Source of the DNA: Macrostomum lignano
Taxonomy: Eukaryota
Direction: 5' to 3'
Length of the DNA: 64,000 nucleotides
Assembly: GCA_002269645.1 (NCBI GenBank)
Contig: NIVC01000260.1
Coordinates: forward strand, 558,001 to 622,000
The notes under the pieces were generated by a model. That model made no database searches and was not told where the DNA came from. It worked only from the letters and a program-made list of their open reading frames with translations. A program made the translations under genes and the position numbers. Shown here one piece after another: positions 63,657-64,000 of this stretch (position 1 is its first letter; every line of letters begins with the position of its first letter).

Positions 63657-64000
63657 TTATTTATAGCCATAAGGCCTGCTGCAGGTCCCGTACACGCGTT
63701 TCGTCAGGACGCGCTGAAACGTCTTGTCCATACCAACAGTGTGTATGGTGCAAGACGCCTTGTCGCGCCTGAACTGAAACTGCGGCAGCTGCAGAGAACC
63801 GCCGTGTAGCAGGGCGTTGCGCAGGTCGTCGCTGCGTTCCCGAATCTCCGGAGTCAGGCGAATGCCCTTGCATTTCAGGACCTGGCTCCCGACACCGGCC
63901 GCATCCTCGACAATGTAAGTGTAGAGCTTGGGCCCTCCACTTACAAAGTCGGTCATCCGGCTGCCTGCGGACACCTCGTCGGTCCACATTCCGAGGCTCG
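63657..64000 (-). CDS. C-terminus of a protein-primed B-family DNA polymerase (Polinton/Maverick-type); extends beyond the window
   Basis: LGMWTDE...FVSGGPKLYTY...KCKGIRL...F.R.K...I.T....K.F..V..KR......PYGY is the typical pPolB C-terminal signature. Confidence 0.85.
   Translation of the reverse strand, partial: SLGMWTDEVSAGSRMTDFVSGGPKLYTYIVEDAAGVGSQVLKCKGIRLTPEIRERSDDLRNALLHGGSLQLPQFQFRRDKASCTIHTVGMDKTFQRVLTKRVYGTCSRPYGYK

Overview
Eukaryotic (invertebrate) genomic DNA; the GC-rich codons, long (TCTG)n arrays and gene types suggest a flatworm such as Macrostomum, which is inference only. Host genes: the 3' part of a class A GPCR, a six-exon malonyl-CoA decarboxylase (MLYCD) whose introns are largely ~23-bp satellites (one of 5.4 kb), a three-exon GPI-anchored Ly6/uPAR protein, and a dispersed cluster of eight intronless genes for secreted C-type lectin + PAN/apple-like proteins. 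Of the eight, three are intact, two carry a single frameshift and three are broken. The copies alternate near-identical and hypervariable blocks, differ at the sugar/Ca-binding motif and look mosaic; this is the best candidate for an undescribed system. Mobile elements: an intact Chapaev-type transposon (133-bp TIRs, 4-bp TSD, 664-aa ORF), a full-length RNase H-bearing LINE inserted into a lectin gene (14-bp TSD), a decayed DIRS/Ngaro element, the PolB end of a Polinton/Maverick, a foldback element, a non-autonomous family with 151-bp internal tandem repeats (one head-to-head palindrome), SINEs, MITEs and a Harbinger fragment. Most long ORFs in the supplied track are artefacts of repeats. No database searches were run; family assignments rest on recognised motifs.
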